DNA of 64,000 bases from Candidatus Eiseniibacteriota bacterium (GTDB lineage: Bacteria; Eisenbacteria; RBG-16-71-46; CAVPCR01): assembly GCA_963702435.1 (NCBI GenBank), contig CAVPCR010000004.1, positions 672,001-736,000 on the forward strand, written 5' to 3'. Shown here piece after piece: positions 18,544-28,697 of this stretch. The notes beneath the pieces were generated by a model, which did not search any database, was not told where the DNA came from, and saw only the letters and a program-made list of their open reading frames with translations. Position 1 is the stretch's first letter. Every line of letters begins with the position of its first letter. A program made the translations under genes and the position numbers.

Positions 18544-19917
18544 ATGCATCGTCCCGCGTTTCCCGCCGCCGATCTCGAGGGGCTCGTCCCGCCGCAGGCC
18601 CTCGATGCCGAGCGCTCCGTGCTCGGCGCCATGTGCCTCTCCACCGAGGCCGTCGCGCGCGCCGTCGAGCGCCTCGATGAGCGCTCGTTCTACCGGGAGT
18701 CGCATCGCCGCATCTGGGCGGGCATCGTCGCGCTCTTCGAGCGCGGCGAGGTCGTCGACCTCATCACGCTCCGCGAGGAGCTCACGCGCCGCGGCGAGCT
18801 CGAGTCGATCGGAGGCACGGCCTACCTGACCGAGCTCTTCGAGTACATGCCGTCGGCGGCCAACGTCGACCATCACGCCCGGATCGTGGGGGAGAAGGCC
18901 GTGCTCCGCCGGCTGATCGACGCGGCCACCTCGATCACCGAGGAGAGCTACCGCGGGTCCGAGGCCGCCGAGATGGTGCTCGACCGGGCCCAGGAACGCA
19001 TCTTCGACATCTCCTCCGCCCGTACCCGCCGCGGTTTCATTGCGATGCGGGAAGTGGTGATGGAGACCTTCGAGATCATCCAGGAACTCTACGACAAGAA
19101 GAGCCATGTCACCGGACTCGAGTCCGGGTTCATCGACCTCGACGCCAAGACCGCCGGCTTCCAGAAGACCGACCTGATCATCGTCGCCGGCCGCCCGTCC
19201 ATGGGGAAGACGAGCTTCTGCCTGAACGTGGCCGAGCACTGCGCGATCAAGAACCGGGTTCCCGTCGCCATCTTCAGCCTCGAGATGGCCAAGGAGCAGG
19301 TGGCCCAGCGCATGCTCTGCTCGCAGTCGCGGGTGGACGGACACCGCCTCCGCACCGGGTACCTCCGCGACAGCGAGTGGACCGTGCTGACGCGTGCCGC
19401 GAGCGAGCTCTCCGACGCCCCGATCTACATCGACGACACGCCGGGCGTCTCGGTTCTCGAGCTCCGGGCCAAGGCCCGCCGCCTGGCCATGGAGGTCAAG
19501 TCGCTCGGGCTCATCATCGTCGACTACCTGCAGCTCATGCGCGGCGGCGACGACGCCGAGAACCGGCAGCAGGAGATCTCGCGCATCTCGCAGGCGCTCA
19601 AGTCGCTGGCCAAGGAGCTCGGGGTGCCGGTGATCGCTCTCTCCCAGCTCTCGCGCGCGGTCGAGCAGCGCGGCGGTGATCGCCGGCCGGTTCTCTCCGA
19701 TCTCCGCGAGTCGGGGGCGATCGAGCAGGACGCCGACGTCGTCCTCTTCATCTACCGGCCCGAGGTCTACGACCCGGAGAACGAGGAGACGAGGGGGGTC
19801 GCCGAGGTCATCATCGGCAAGCAGCGCAATGGCCCGATCGGCTCGGTCCGCCTGGCCTTCCTGTCCCCCTTCGCCCGGTTCGAGAACCTGGCGCAGGCCA
19901 TGGACACCCCGTTCTAG
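18544..19917 (+). CDS. dnaB: Replicative DNA helicase
   Basis: PPQ..DAERSVLG, AGRPSMGKT, FSLEM, IIVDYLQLM, LSQLSR, DLRESGAIEQDAD, KQRNGP; no intein. Confidence 0.97.
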   Translation: MHRPAFPAADLEGLVPPQALDAERSVLGAMCLSTEAVARAVERLDERSFYRESHRRIWAGIVALFERGEVVDLITLREELTRRGELESIGGTAYLTELFEYMPSAANVDHHARIVGEKAVLRRLIDAATSITEESYRGSEAAEMVLDRAQERIFDISSARTRRGFIAMREVVMETFEIIQELYDKKSHVTGLESGFIDLDAKTAGFQKTDLIIVAGRPSMGKTSFCLNVAEHCAIKNRVPVAIFSLEMAKEQVAQRMLCSQSRVDGHRLRTGYLRDSEWTVLTRAASELSDAPIYIDDTPGVSVLELRAKARRLAMEVKSLGLIIVDYLQLMRGGDDAENRQQEISRISQALKSLAKELGVPVIALSQLSRAVEQRGGDRRPVLSDLRESGAIEQDADVVLFIYRPEVYDPENEETRGVAEVIIGKQRNGPIGSVRLAFLSPFARFENLAQAMDTPF

Positions 19918-20047
19918 GCGCGTCCTGGGCGGGCCGCCCGGCGGCCCGCCGCCCGGCCCGCTCCCGCACCGCCGAACACCATGCGCAACAAGGACATCGT
20001 CCGCGGGCCGGGCCTCCGGTCCGCGGACCCGCCGCCCGCTTCCGGCA

Positions 20048-20076
20048 TTGCCGGAAGCGGGGGTTTCTGATATCCT
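20048..20076 (+). promoter_or_regulatory. Putative sigma70 promoter of the Omp28-like gene
   Basis: TTGCCG-N17-TATCCT with an extended -10 TG. Confidence 0.55.
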
Positions 20077-20215
20077 AATCATCAGATCCATGGACGGCCG
20101 TCCGCCCCGCGACCCGCCTGCACGGGGCTGGCGGCCTTTAATGCGCACACCCCTCCCGGCGGCCCGGCTCGAGAGGCATGCCCCGGGAGTCTCTCGCTCG
20201 ATCAAGGAGGCCTTC

Positions 20216-22285
20216 ATGGGGTTCCGCGCTATGACGATGGCAGCCGTCGCCATCATGCTCGTCAGCATCGCCTCGGTCAGCTTCGCCGCGCAGCGGGTCG
20301 TCCTCCTCGAAGACGCGACCTCGACGACGTGCCCGCCGTGCGGCTCGGCTCACCCGACCTTGCAGGCGATCCGGAACAACTTCGGATCGCAGATCGTCAT
20401 CGTGGCCTGGCACTGCTGGTGGCCGGCGCCGGGCGATGACCCCTTCTACTGGCACAACACGCCCCCGCAGCAGGGGCGGATCAACTACTACGGGATCAAC
20501 GCCATCCCCGACATGTGCATCGACGGCTCCGGCGCCGGGACGTCCAACCCGCCGGATCCATTCAACTACAGCCAGATCGCGAGCATGATCAACAGCCGGC
20601 TCGCCATCCCGAGCCCGATTGCCTTCCAGAATGCGAGCGGACTCCTCCAGGGCTCGAACGTGAACATCTCCTTCGATGTGAACGTCGAGACGCCCACCGC
20701 GGGGACCAACTTCAGGATCTTCGTGGTCGTCACCGAGGAGGAGATCGCCTACAACTGGCAGGGGCAGACCCACTGCTACGACGTCTTCCGGCGGAGCAAT
20801 GGGACCACCGGCGAGGCGATCGACCTGAGTGTCGGCGGGGTCCAGAGCTTCAACCGCTCGCTGCCCTACAGCTCGATCTACAACCCGGTAGGCCTGCACG
20901 GGGTTCTCTTCGTGCAGGACCAAACCGTGGGCGGTACCAAGCAGATCATCCAGGCGACCGAGTTCCCGATCGCGGTTCCCTACCACTTCAACGTCGCGTA
21001 CACGACGCCGCCGGTCCAGATCGGGAGCGTGAACACGATCAACAACTACGCGGCGACCGTGCACAATGACGGCGGCAATCCCGACGTCTACAACGTGACC
21101 TTCACCGGCGTGCCCGCCGGCTGGGCCTTCTCCTACACGACGCCGGCCGGCACCTTCTCGGGCCCGAGCACCATGCCGCTGGCGAGCGGGGCGACCGCCC
21201 CGATCAGCGTGGTCCTCAACTCGCAGGGCATCGCGGGGCCGGCCACCGTGCAGATGTCGTTCGCTTCGCAGGGCGACCCGCTGCAGGTGCTGAACCTCAC
21301 CTTCCGGAAGATCAACGGTCTCGATGTGCTGTACGTGGATGACGACGCCGGCGATCTGCGCGAGAACGCCTACACGGCGAGCCTCAACGCAACCGGTGTG
21401 GTCTGGGATCGGTGGAGCGTCGCCCAGTGGGGTGCCCTCACCGGCCAGAACCTGATCGACGGCGCGGCGACCGCGGTGGTCTGGTCCTGCGGCAACTCGC
21501 GGATCGTTCCCACGCTGACCGCTGCCGATCAGCAGGCGATCACCGACTTCCTGGCCACCGGGCGTCATCTCTTCATCAACGGCTCGGAGATCGCCTACAC
21601 CCTGTGCGACCCGGCGAGCCCGTTCTACTCGGCGCAGTCCGCGGCCTGGGTCACCAATACGTTGCATGTGACGTACGGGACCGACTTCGTGTTCTCGACC
21701 ACGATCAACGGCGTGGCCGGTGATCCGATCACCGACGGGCTCACCGGCGTCTCGCTCTCCAACGCCACCTACGGCACCGGGCTCCTGGACGGCGTCCAGA
21801 ACACCGCCGATGCCACCGCGGTCTGGAGCTACCAGAACCAGCCGTACAAGTCGGGCATCCGCACCACGGGCGCCGCGAAGGTCGTCTACTTCAGCTTCCC
21901 GTGGGAGTGTCTGCCGCTGGCAAGCCAGCGCGATCTGGTCATGGATCGCATCATCGACTACTTCGGCGTGGCGCTGGCAGTCGAGGAGCCGGTCGCGGCG
22001 GCGCCGGTGCGCTCGACCCTGGCTCAGAACGCTCCGAACCCGTTCAATCCGGCGACGGTGATCGGCTACGATCTGGCCGCGGCCGGCCAGGTCGAGCTTC
22101 GCGTCTACGATCTGAACGGGCGCATGGTGCGCGAGCTGGTGAACGCGCCGCAGACGGCGTCGAGCTACCGGGTCGAGTGGGACGGCCGGGACGACCTCGG
22201 TCGTCAGCTCGCGAGCGGCGTGTACTTCTATCAGCTGAACGCTCCGGGTATCAGCGAGACCCGGCGCATGGTGCTCGCCAAGTAG
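20216..22285 (+). CDS. Secreted Omp28-like/thioredoxin-fold CxxC protein with Ig-like domains and a C-terminal FlgD-Ig domain
   Basis: AAGGAGG RBS; signal peptide; RVVLLE..TSTTCPPC, WHCWWP..DDPFY, YYGINAIP; LYVDDD domain; QNAPNPFNP...VYDLNGR...GVYFY. Confidence 0.8.
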   Translation: MGFRAMTMAAVAIMLVSIASVSFAAQRVVLLEDATSTTCPPCGSAHPTLQAIRNNFGSQIVIVAWHCWWPAPGDDPFYWHNTPPQQGRINYYGINAIPDMCIDGSGAGTSNPPDPFNYSQIASMINSRLAIPSPIAFQNASGLLQGSNVNISFDVNVETPTAGTNFRIFVVVTEEEIAYNWQGQTHCYDVFRRSNGTTGEAIDLSVGGVQSFNRSLPYSSIYNPVGLHGVLFVQDQTVGGTKQIIQATEFPIAVPYHFNVAYTTPPVQIGSVNTINNYAATVHNDGGNPDVYNVTFTGVPAGWAFSYTTPAGTFSGPSTMPLASGATAPISVVLNSQGIAGPATVQMSFASQGDPLQVLNLTFRKINGLDVLYVDDDAGDLRENAYTASLNATGVVWDRWSVAQWGALTGQNLIDGAATAVVWSCGNSRIVPTLTAADQQAITDFLATGRHLFINGSEIAYTLCDPASPFYSAQSAAWVTNTLHVTYGTDFVFSTTINGVAGDPITDGLTGVSLSNATYGTGLLDGVQNTADATAVWSYQNQPYKSGIRTTGAAKVVYFSFPWECLPLASQRDLVMDRIIDYFGVALAVEEPVAAAPVRSTLAQNAPNPFNPATVIGYDLAAAGQVELRVYDLNGRMVRELVNAPQTASSYRVEWDGRDDLGRQLASGVYFYQLNAPGISETRRMVLAK

Positions 22286-22479
22286 CACCGGGACGACACC
22301 AAGGCGCGGGCTGAACGCTCGCGCGAGCGGGGTGGGCCGTGCGATGGCGACATCGCACGGCCCATCGTGCTTCCGGCCCCGCCGCGGCGCATGGCGTATA
22401 CTGCGCGCATGGCGCGCCGGCGACGGCCCGCGGGCAGGGCGATCGGGGCTCGCAGAGCGGCGACCGGAAGGAGAACGAC

Positions 22480-23982
22480 ATGGCTCGTGTCGGCGCGAAG
22501 GCCGGCTCGAAGAACGTCTTCGTCTGCAGCGCCTGCGGCGGCGAGCGCCCGAAGTGGTTCGGCCGCTGTCCCGAGTGCGGGGCGTGGAACACGGCCGGCG
22601 AGGAGCGGCGGGCACCCGTCGCGCGCCCCGCGGCCCCGGCCGCGCTCGGCCGCGCGGCGACGCCGGTGCCGCTCACCGCGGCGGGAGGCGAGCGCCCCGC
22701 CGGCGGCGATCCGGGCGAGCAACGGCTCCCGACCGGGATCGGCGAGCTCGATCGCGTCCTCGGCGGCGGACTGGTCCCCGGCGCCGTCATCCTGGTCGGC
22801 GGCGATCCGGGGATCGGCAAGTCCACGCTCCTCCTGCAGGCGGCGGCGGCGATGGCGCGCGCCGGCCGGCGCGCGCTCTACGTGACGGGCGAGGAGTCGG
22901 AGCGCCAGATCCGGCTTCGCGCGGAGAGGCTGGGCGCGGTCGAGGCCGCGGTCCTCGTCGTCGCCGAGACCGAGATCGGGCGGGTGCGCGAGCACATCGC
23001 CGAGGTGGATCCCGAGATCGTGGTGGCCGATTCGGTGCAGACCCTCTACGCGGCCGAGCTCCCGAGCGCTCCGGGCACCGTGAGCCAGGTGCGGCACTGC
23101 GCCTTCGAGCTGATCCGTGTGGCCAAGGAGAGCGGGCGCGCGGTCTTCCTGGTCGGGCACGTGACCAAGGAGGGCGATGTCGCGGGACCGCGCGTCCTCG
23201 AGCACATGGTGGACGCCGTGCTCTACCTCGAGGGCGAGCGCTACCAGGAGCTGCGCGTGCTCCGCGCGCAGAAGAACCGCTTCGGGGCGACGACCGAGAT
23301 CGGCCTCTTCGAGATGATCGAGGCGGGGATGCGCGAGGTGGCCGATCCCTCGGGCGCGTTCCTCGCCGGCCGCGCCAGCGGCGTGCCCGGCACCGCGGTG
23401 CTGGCGAGCCTCGAGGGGAACCGCGCGCTCCTCGTCGAGGTGCAGGCGCTCGTCGCGCGTACGGTCTACGCCGCGCCCGACCGCCAGTCGACCGGGATCG
23501 ATCGCCGCCGGCTCGCGGTGCTTCTCGCCGTGCTCGAGCGCCGCACCGAGGTCACGCTCGGGAAGCGCGACGTGTTCGTGAGCGTGGCCGGCGGCCTCCA
23601 TCTCGAGGAGACAGCGAGCGATCTCGCGCTCCTTCTCGCCATCGCCTCGGCCCGCGCCGGCAAGGCCGTGCCCGCGGATCTGGTGGTGATGGGGGAGGTG
23701 GGGCTCGGCGGCGAGCTGCGGCGCGTGCGCGGGGTGGCGCGGCGGCTCGGCGAGGCGGCTCGCCTCGGGTTCGCGCGGGCGATCGTGCCGGCAGCCAACG
23801 CCGCCGACGGGCGCGGCATCGACCTCGAGATCATCGCCGCCGAGGATCTCAGGAGCGCGCTCGCGGCCGCGCTCGGCCCCGAGGCGATCACGCGGGCCGC
23901 GCTCCGCGAGGAGAGCCGGCGCGAGCGCGGCGGCGGTGCGCGGATGCTGCGTGCGCCGGACCGCACACCCTTGCCGCGCTAG
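22480..23982 (+). CDS. radA: DNA repair protein RadA/Sms
   Basis: CSACG..KWFGRCPECGAWNT, GGDPGIGKST, KNRFG, GEVGLGGE; AAGGAG RBS. Confidence 0.96.
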   Translation: MARVGAKAGSKNVFVCSACGGERPKWFGRCPECGAWNTAGEERRAPVARPAAPAALGRAATPVPLTAAGGERPAGGDPGEQRLPTGIGELDRVLGGGLVPGAVILVGGDPGIGKSTLLLQAAAAMARAGRRALYVTGEESERQIRLRAERLGAVEAAVLVVAETEIGRVREHIAEVDPEIVVADSVQTLYAAELPSAPGTVSQVRHCAFELIRVAKESGRAVFLVGHVTKEGDVAGPRVLEHMVDAVLYLEGERYQELRVLRAQKNRFGATTEIGLFEMIEAGMREVADPSGAFLAGRASGVPGTAVLASLEGNRALLVEVQALVARTVYAAPDRQSTGIDRRRLAVLLAVLERRTEVTLGKRDVFVSVAGGLHLEETASDLALLLAIASARAGKAVPADLVVMGEVGLGGELRRVRGVARRLGEAARLGFARAIVPAANAADGRGIDLEIIAAEDLRSALAAALGPEAITRAALREESRRERGGGARMLRAPDRTPLPR

Positions 23983-24199
23983 CATCCGTCGAGAACGACG
24001 CGGTGCGAGGCGCGAAGGGGAGGGGCCGACGGCGAGTTCCGCAGCGCGCCGTCATGCGCGGTGGGTGGTCGACATGCGCCGGAGGCCCGCCGGCGCGTGA
24101 GGACTGTTCGAAGCCGGAGGCCCCTTCCCGAGCGACTCGCCTGCCCGCCGGTGCCCGCCGGTGCTCGCCGCAGTGACTCGTCGGAGTGGCCAGGCGGGC

Positions 24200-25021
24200 C
24201 TACGCCATCGTCTGCCCGCCGCAGAGGTTGAGCGTCTGCCCGGTCATCCCCGCGGCCGCGTCCGACGCCAGATAGTGGACGAGGGAGGCGACCTCCGCGG
24301 GCTCGATCATGCGTCCGAGCGGCACCCCGCGCATCGCCTGCGCCAGGAACTCCTCGAAGGTGACGCCGCCGGCCGCCGCCTGCGCCCGCATGCTGGCGAC
24401 CGACATCTCGGTAGAGACCCAGCCCGGTGCGATCGCATTCACGGTGATGCGCTCCGGGGCGAGCTCGAGCGCGAGCGCCCGCGTGAAGCCGATGACCCCG
24501 TGCTTCGCCGTGCAGTAGGCGGCGAATCCGGGCACGCCGAAGCGACCGAGCACCGAGGAGATGTTGACGATGCGCCCGCGCGGTCCCGTCATGTGCGGGA
24601 GGACGGCGCGCGTCACGTGCCAGACCGCATCCAGGTTGACGGCGAGGATGTCGCGCCAGAGCGTGTCGCGCTCGTCGAGGCCGTCGCCTGGAGCCGCACC
24701 GCGGAGCGGCGTCCAGCCGGTGCCGCCGGCATTGTTGACGAGGATGTCGATCCCGCCCCACGCCGCATGCACATCGGCCACGAAGCGGCGGGTGGCGGTG
24801 GGATCGCGCAGATCGCACGCTGCGGCGTACGCGTTGCCGCCGGCGGCGGTGATCTCCGCCGCGACGCGGGTCACGGGCGCGAGCTGGCGCCCGCAGAGTG
24901 CGACCCGGGCCCCGGCGGCCGCCAGGCAGAGCGCCGTGGCGTGTCCGATGCCGGCGCCGCCGCCGGTGACGATGGCGGTGCGGCCGGCGAGATCGGTCGT
25001 CGGTGGAGAGGTGTCCTTCAT
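24200..25021 (-). CDS. Short-chain dehydrogenase/reductase
   Basis: TGGGAGIG, NNAG, NISS, YCTAK, NAIAPG. Confidence 0.93.
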   Translation of the reverse strand: MKDTSPPTTDLAGRTAIVTGGGAGIGHATALCLAAAGARVALCGRQLAPVTRVAAEITAAGGNAYAAACDLRDPTATRRFVADVHAAWGGIDILVNNAGGTGWTPLRGAAPGDGLDERDTLWRDILAVNLDAVWHVTRAVLPHMTGPRGRIVNISSVLGRFGVPGFAAYCTAKHGVIGFTRALALELAPERITVNAIAPGWVSTEMSVASMRAQAAAGGVTFEEFLAQAMRGVPLGRMIEPAEVASLVHYLASDAAAGMTGQTLNLCGGQTMA

Positions 25022-25032
25022 GGCGCTCGATT

Positions 25033-26217
25033 CTAGCGGAGGGTGGATCCGCCTGCCAGCTCGGCGATCGCGGCGACCAGGCGCGCCCACGTCGTGTCGG
25101 CACGGCGCGCGGCGATCGCCCGCGCCATGGCGGCGCGGTCGGCCTCGCCATAGAAGCGCGCGATCGCGGCGGCGAGTGCCGCGGGATCGCCGGGCGGCAC
25201 CAGGTAGCCGGTCTCGCCCTCGCCGACGAACTCGGGCAGCCCGCCCACGTTCGTCGTCACCACCGGTCGGTCGTAGCGATAGGCGATCTGCACGATGCCG
25301 CTCTGCGTCGCCGAGAGATAGGGGAGGACGACGAGATCGGCGGCGACGAAGTAGCGCGGCACCGCCTCGTTCGGCGTGTAGCCGGGGACGAGCGTGACGC
25401 GATCGGCGATCCCGAGGCTCGAGATCTGCTCGCGGTAGGGGGCCTCGTCCTCGTAGAAATCGCCGACCACGAGGAGCCGGAAGTCCGGGCCGAGGCGGGC
25501 GCGGAGCGCGGGCACCGCCGCGAGCAGGACATGGAGTCCCTTGTAGGCCTTGATGAAGCCGAAGAAGAGGATCACGCGGCTCTCGCCGATCCCGAGCTCG
25601 CGCCGCGCGGTCGCCTGGTCGGGCGGTGCCGCTTCTGCGAAGTCGTAGGTCGGATGGGGCACCAGGCGGACCCGCCCCGGATCGGTGCGCGGGAGGAGCG
25701 TGTAGAGCTCGCCCTCGACCGCCTTGGACTGGGCGATGTAGGCGTCCATCTGCCCGAGACCCAGGCGGGTGATGAAACGGCCGAGCGGCCAGCGCTCGTG
25801 CGGGATCACGTTGTCGAGGATGGCGATCACGCGGACCCCGGGCCCGCGGCGAAGGAGCCAGGCCACGGCGAAGTAGCCCGGACCGAAGAACGGGATCCAC
25901 CATTTGAGGACGAGCGCGCGCGCGCCGCTCCGCTGGACCGCGCGCGCGGTGCGCCACCAGGACCAGGGACTCCACGGCACGAAGAGGGGCGTGTTCGGGA
26001 CCGGGATCGCGGCCGCGCCGGAGTCTCGCTGGTCGCTTCCCGGGAAGCGGAGCTTGCGCACGAGCGGCAGGTCGGGCACGCGCTCGGGATACTGCTTCCG
26101 GAAGCCGACGAAGGTGACCTCGTGTCCCGCTGCTCGGAGCTCGCGATGGAGGAGCGCGAGGTAGTGCGCGATGCCGCCGCGGAGCGGATGGGCCGGCCCG
26201 AGGAGGGCGAGCTTCAC
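25033..26217 (-). CDS. GT4-family glycosyltransferase
   Basis: GPAHPLRGGIAHY, FFGFIKAYKGL, LPYLSATQSG, TNVGGLPE; GTG start overlaps the upstream stop. Confidence 0.9.
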   Translation of the reverse strand: MKLALLGPAHPLRGGIAHYLALLHRELRAAGHEVTFVGFRKQYPERVPDLPLVRKLRFPGSDQRDSGAAAIPVPNTPLFVPWSPWSWWRTARAVQRSGARALVLKWWIPFFGPGYFAVAWLLRRGPGVRVIAILDNVIPHERWPLGRFITRLGLGQMDAYIAQSKAVEGELYTLLPRTDPGRVRLVPHPTYDFAEAAPPDQATARRELGIGESRVILFFGFIKAYKGLHVLLAAVPALRARLGPDFRLLVVGDFYEDEAPYREQISSLGIADRVTLVPGYTPNEAVPRYFVAADLVVLPYLSATQSGIVQIAYRYDRPVVTTNVGGLPEFVGEGETGYLVPPGDPAALAAAIARFYGEADRAAMARAIAARRADTTWARLVAAIAELAGGSTLR

Positions 26218-27305
26218 CGTCCGGCCCGGGCCGTCCCGCCGGAGGGCAGGTGGCGGAGGCAGGCCTCGACGACGCGCGGCACCTCGATCGCCCGCATGCA
26301 CTCGCGCGCGCACACCGGCCGGTAGTAGCAGTCGCAGGGCACCGACGGCTCGAGGATCTCGCCGCGGCCGTAGAGCTCGAACTCGTGCCGGTTGAAGATG
26401 TTGTTGAAGAGGACGAGCGGCTTCCGGAGCCCGATTGCGATGTGCATGGCCATGGTCACGGCGGTGACCACGAGATCGGTCTGGCCGACGAGGTCGATGA
26501 ACCCGGCGAGCGGGAAGTGACCCGCGTAGGCGGCGCCGCTCGCCGCGGCGATGCGCCGGTTCTTCTCCTCCTCGGCGGCGCCGCCGAGGAGGAGGACGCC
26601 CAGGCCGCGGGCGCGGAGTTCCCGCGCGCATGCGATCCAGTGCTCCTCCGGCCACAGGCGGGAGACCCAGCGCCCGCCGCAGCCCGTGTTGAGTCCGACG
26701 AGCGGGTGCGGGACGCCGAGATCCCAGGCGCCCGCCGGCGGCCGGTCGAGGATGTACTCCTCGCCGGCGAAGGGTACCCCCGCGATCTCGAAGATCTCGG
26801 CGACATAGCTCTTCCGGTTGGCCTTGCTCACGTCGTCGAAGATGCCGGTCAGGAACTTGTCCTCGGCGTTCGCATCGGCGGGCGCGGGGACGCCGCCCGC
26901 GAGCACGAAGCCCTTGCGGGCGCGGGCCGGGATGCTGCCGGCGAGCGCGCAGGCCTCGGGGTCCTTGTCGAGGTTGAGCACGAGATCGAACTCGGTGGCC
27001 GTGAGGCGGAGGAACGCGGCCAGGTCGAGAGCGAGGACCTGGTCGACGGCCGAGCGCGGAACGACCTCCGGGGAGTGCGTGACCCAGGTCAAGTGGGCCG
27101 CCGGGAAGTCGCGGCGGAGGCGATGGAGGAGCGGCGTCGTGCGGATCACGTCGCCGATCGCCCCCAGCTTGATGAGGACGATACGCTCGGCGATCGGCGC
27201 ATAGTGCGGGCAGTCAGTGCAGTGCACGCCGTCCTGCTTGTGCGGAACGCACGGCACGTCGCCTCTGAAGTGACGGCAGTCGGCTTTCCAGAGCGGTTGG
27301 TTCAT
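26214..27305 (-). CDS. GT9 (heptosyltransferase-like) glycosyltransferase
   Basis: IKLGAIGDVIRTTP, GLNTGCG.RW..RLWP, T.AMHIA; Cys clusters at both ends. Confidence 0.88.
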   Translation of the reverse strand: MNQPLWKADCRHFRGDVPCVPHKQDGVHCTDCPHYAPIAERIVLIKLGAIGDVIRTTPLLHRLRRDFPAAHLTWVTHSPEVVPRSAVDQVLALDLAAFLRLTATEFDLVLNLDKDPEACALAGSIPARARKGFVLAGGVPAPADANAEDKFLTGIFDDVSKANRKSYVAEIFEIAGVPFAGEEYILDRPPAGAWDLGVPHPLVGLNTGCGGRWVSRLWPEEHWIACARELRARGLGVLLLGGAAEEEKNRRIAAASGAAYAGHFPLAGFIDLVGQTDLVVTAVTMAMHIAIGLRKPLVLFNNIFNRHEFELYGRGEILEPSVPCDCYYRPVCARECMRAIEVPRVVEACLRHLPSGGTARAGR

Positions 27306-27427
27306 CGTCGGATCGTCACGTCCGGGAGCGGCGGATCCTCTTGCAGATCGGTTCCGGCCGGCCGGATAATGGCGCGTCGCCGCGCGAGCGGCAACGGTAA
27401 AGCAGGGGCGGCAACGAAGGGGGGACG

Positions 27428-28132
27428 ATGCGCCAGGCGCTCATCGTGGTGGCCGCGGGCGGCGGGCAGCGCCTCGGCCGGTCGATCGAGAAGCCCTACG
27501 TCGAGCTGGACGGCCGGCCCCTGGTCTGGCACGGGCTCAAGGCGCTCGACGGGCCCGGGCTCTTCCACCAGCGCATCGTGGTCGTCGCCCCGGGGGCGGA
27601 GGCACGCTTCCGCGAGGAGGTGCTCGCCCGCTTCCCCCTCGTCCACCCGGTCGAGCTCGTGGCGGGCGGGGAGACCCGGCAGGAGTCGGTGTACCGGGGG
27701 CTCACCCGCGTGAGCGACGACATGGACCTCGTCGCCATCCACGATGGCGCGCGTCCCCTGATCGACGAGGCGGCGGTGCGCGCCACGTTCGGCGCCTGCG
27801 AGGGCGTGGACGGCGCTCTCGTCGCGCTGCCGGTGCACGATGCGCTCAAGCGCGTCGAGGGGGATCTGGTGGTCGAGGACGTCGTGCGCTCCGGGCTGTG
27901 GCGGGCGCAGACGCCGCAGACCTTCTGGACGAAGTCGATCCGCGCCGCCCACGAGGCGGCGCGCGCCGAGGGTCTGGATGCGCTCGATGACGCGGCGCTC
28001 GTCACCCGCCGGGGCGGCCGCGTGCGCGTGATTCAGGGCACCAAGAGCAATCTCAAGATCACGGTACCCGAGGATCTCCGGCTCGCCGCGCTCCTGCTCC
28101 GCGTGCGCGAGGCCTCGCATCACGAGGCCTGA
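27428..28132 (+). CDS. ispD: 2-C-methyl-D-erythritol 4-phosphate cytidylyltransferase
   Basis: AAGGGQRLG..KPY, GGETRQESV, IHDGARP, QTPQ, NLKITVPED. Confidence 0.95.
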   Translation: MRQALIVVAAGGGQRLGRSIEKPYVELDGRPLVWHGLKALDGPGLFHQRIVVVAPGAEARFREEVLARFPLVHPVELVAGGETRQESVYRGLTRVSDDMDLVAIHDGARPLIDEAAVRATFGACEGVDGALVALPVHDALKRVEGDLVVEDVVRSGLWRAQTPQTFWTKSIRAAHEAARAEGLDALDDAALVTRRGGRVRVIQGTKSNLKITVPEDLRLAALLLRVREASHHEA

Positions 28133-28182
28133 CGCGGGTCGTGCCGGGCGCGGACTCCGGATCGGGAGGGAGGCGTAGAGGC

Positions 28183-28692
28183 GTGGTGGACTGGATTCAA
28201 CGGGCCGGCATCGGCTATGACATCCATCGGCTGGTGCCCGGCCGGCGCCTCGTTCTCGGCGGCGTCGAGATTCCCCATCCGACGGGACTCGCCGGGCACT
28301 CGGACGCCGATGTCGCCGCCCACGCGATCGGCTCGGCGCTCCTCGGCGCCCTCGCCCTCGGCGATCTCGGGCAGCACTTCCCGCCCGGCGATCCGCGCTT
28401 CGCCGATATCTCGAGCTGCGTGCTTCTCGAGCGGATCGCCGCGCTTGTCCGCGACCGCGGCGCCGAGATCGTCAATGTGGACGTGACCGTGGTCGCCGAG
28501 GCGCCGCGGCTCGCGCCGCATATCCAGTCCATGCGCGAGCGGCTGGCGCGCGCGCTCGGGGTCGCGGTCGCGCGGGTAGCGGTGAAGGCCGCGACGAACG
28601 AGGGGTGCGATGCGATCGGGCGCGGCGAGGCGATCGCCGCGCACGCCGTCGCCGCCGTGCGGGAGCCCGCCGCGCCCGGACCGGGCGATTAA
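28183..28692 (+). CDS. ispF: 2-C-methyl-D-erythritol 2,4-cyclodiphosphate synthase
   Basis: GIGYDIH, GHSDADV, GDLGQHFP, KAATNE; start approximate (GTG 28183 or 28186). Confidence 0.95.
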   Translation: MVDWIQRAGIGYDIHRLVPGRRLVLGGVEIPHPTGLAGHSDADVAAHAIGSALLGALALGDLGQHFPPGDPRFADISSCVLLERIAALVRDRGAEIVNVDVTVVAEAPRLAPHIQSMRERLARALGVAVARVAVKAATNEGCDAIGRGEAIAAHAVAAVREPAAPGPGD

Positions 28693-28697
28693 CGTCG

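Noticed and set aside
20320..20345. Selenoprotein (UxxC) in the Omp28-like protein
   Set aside because: Both codons are TGC (Cys); there is no in-frame TGA.
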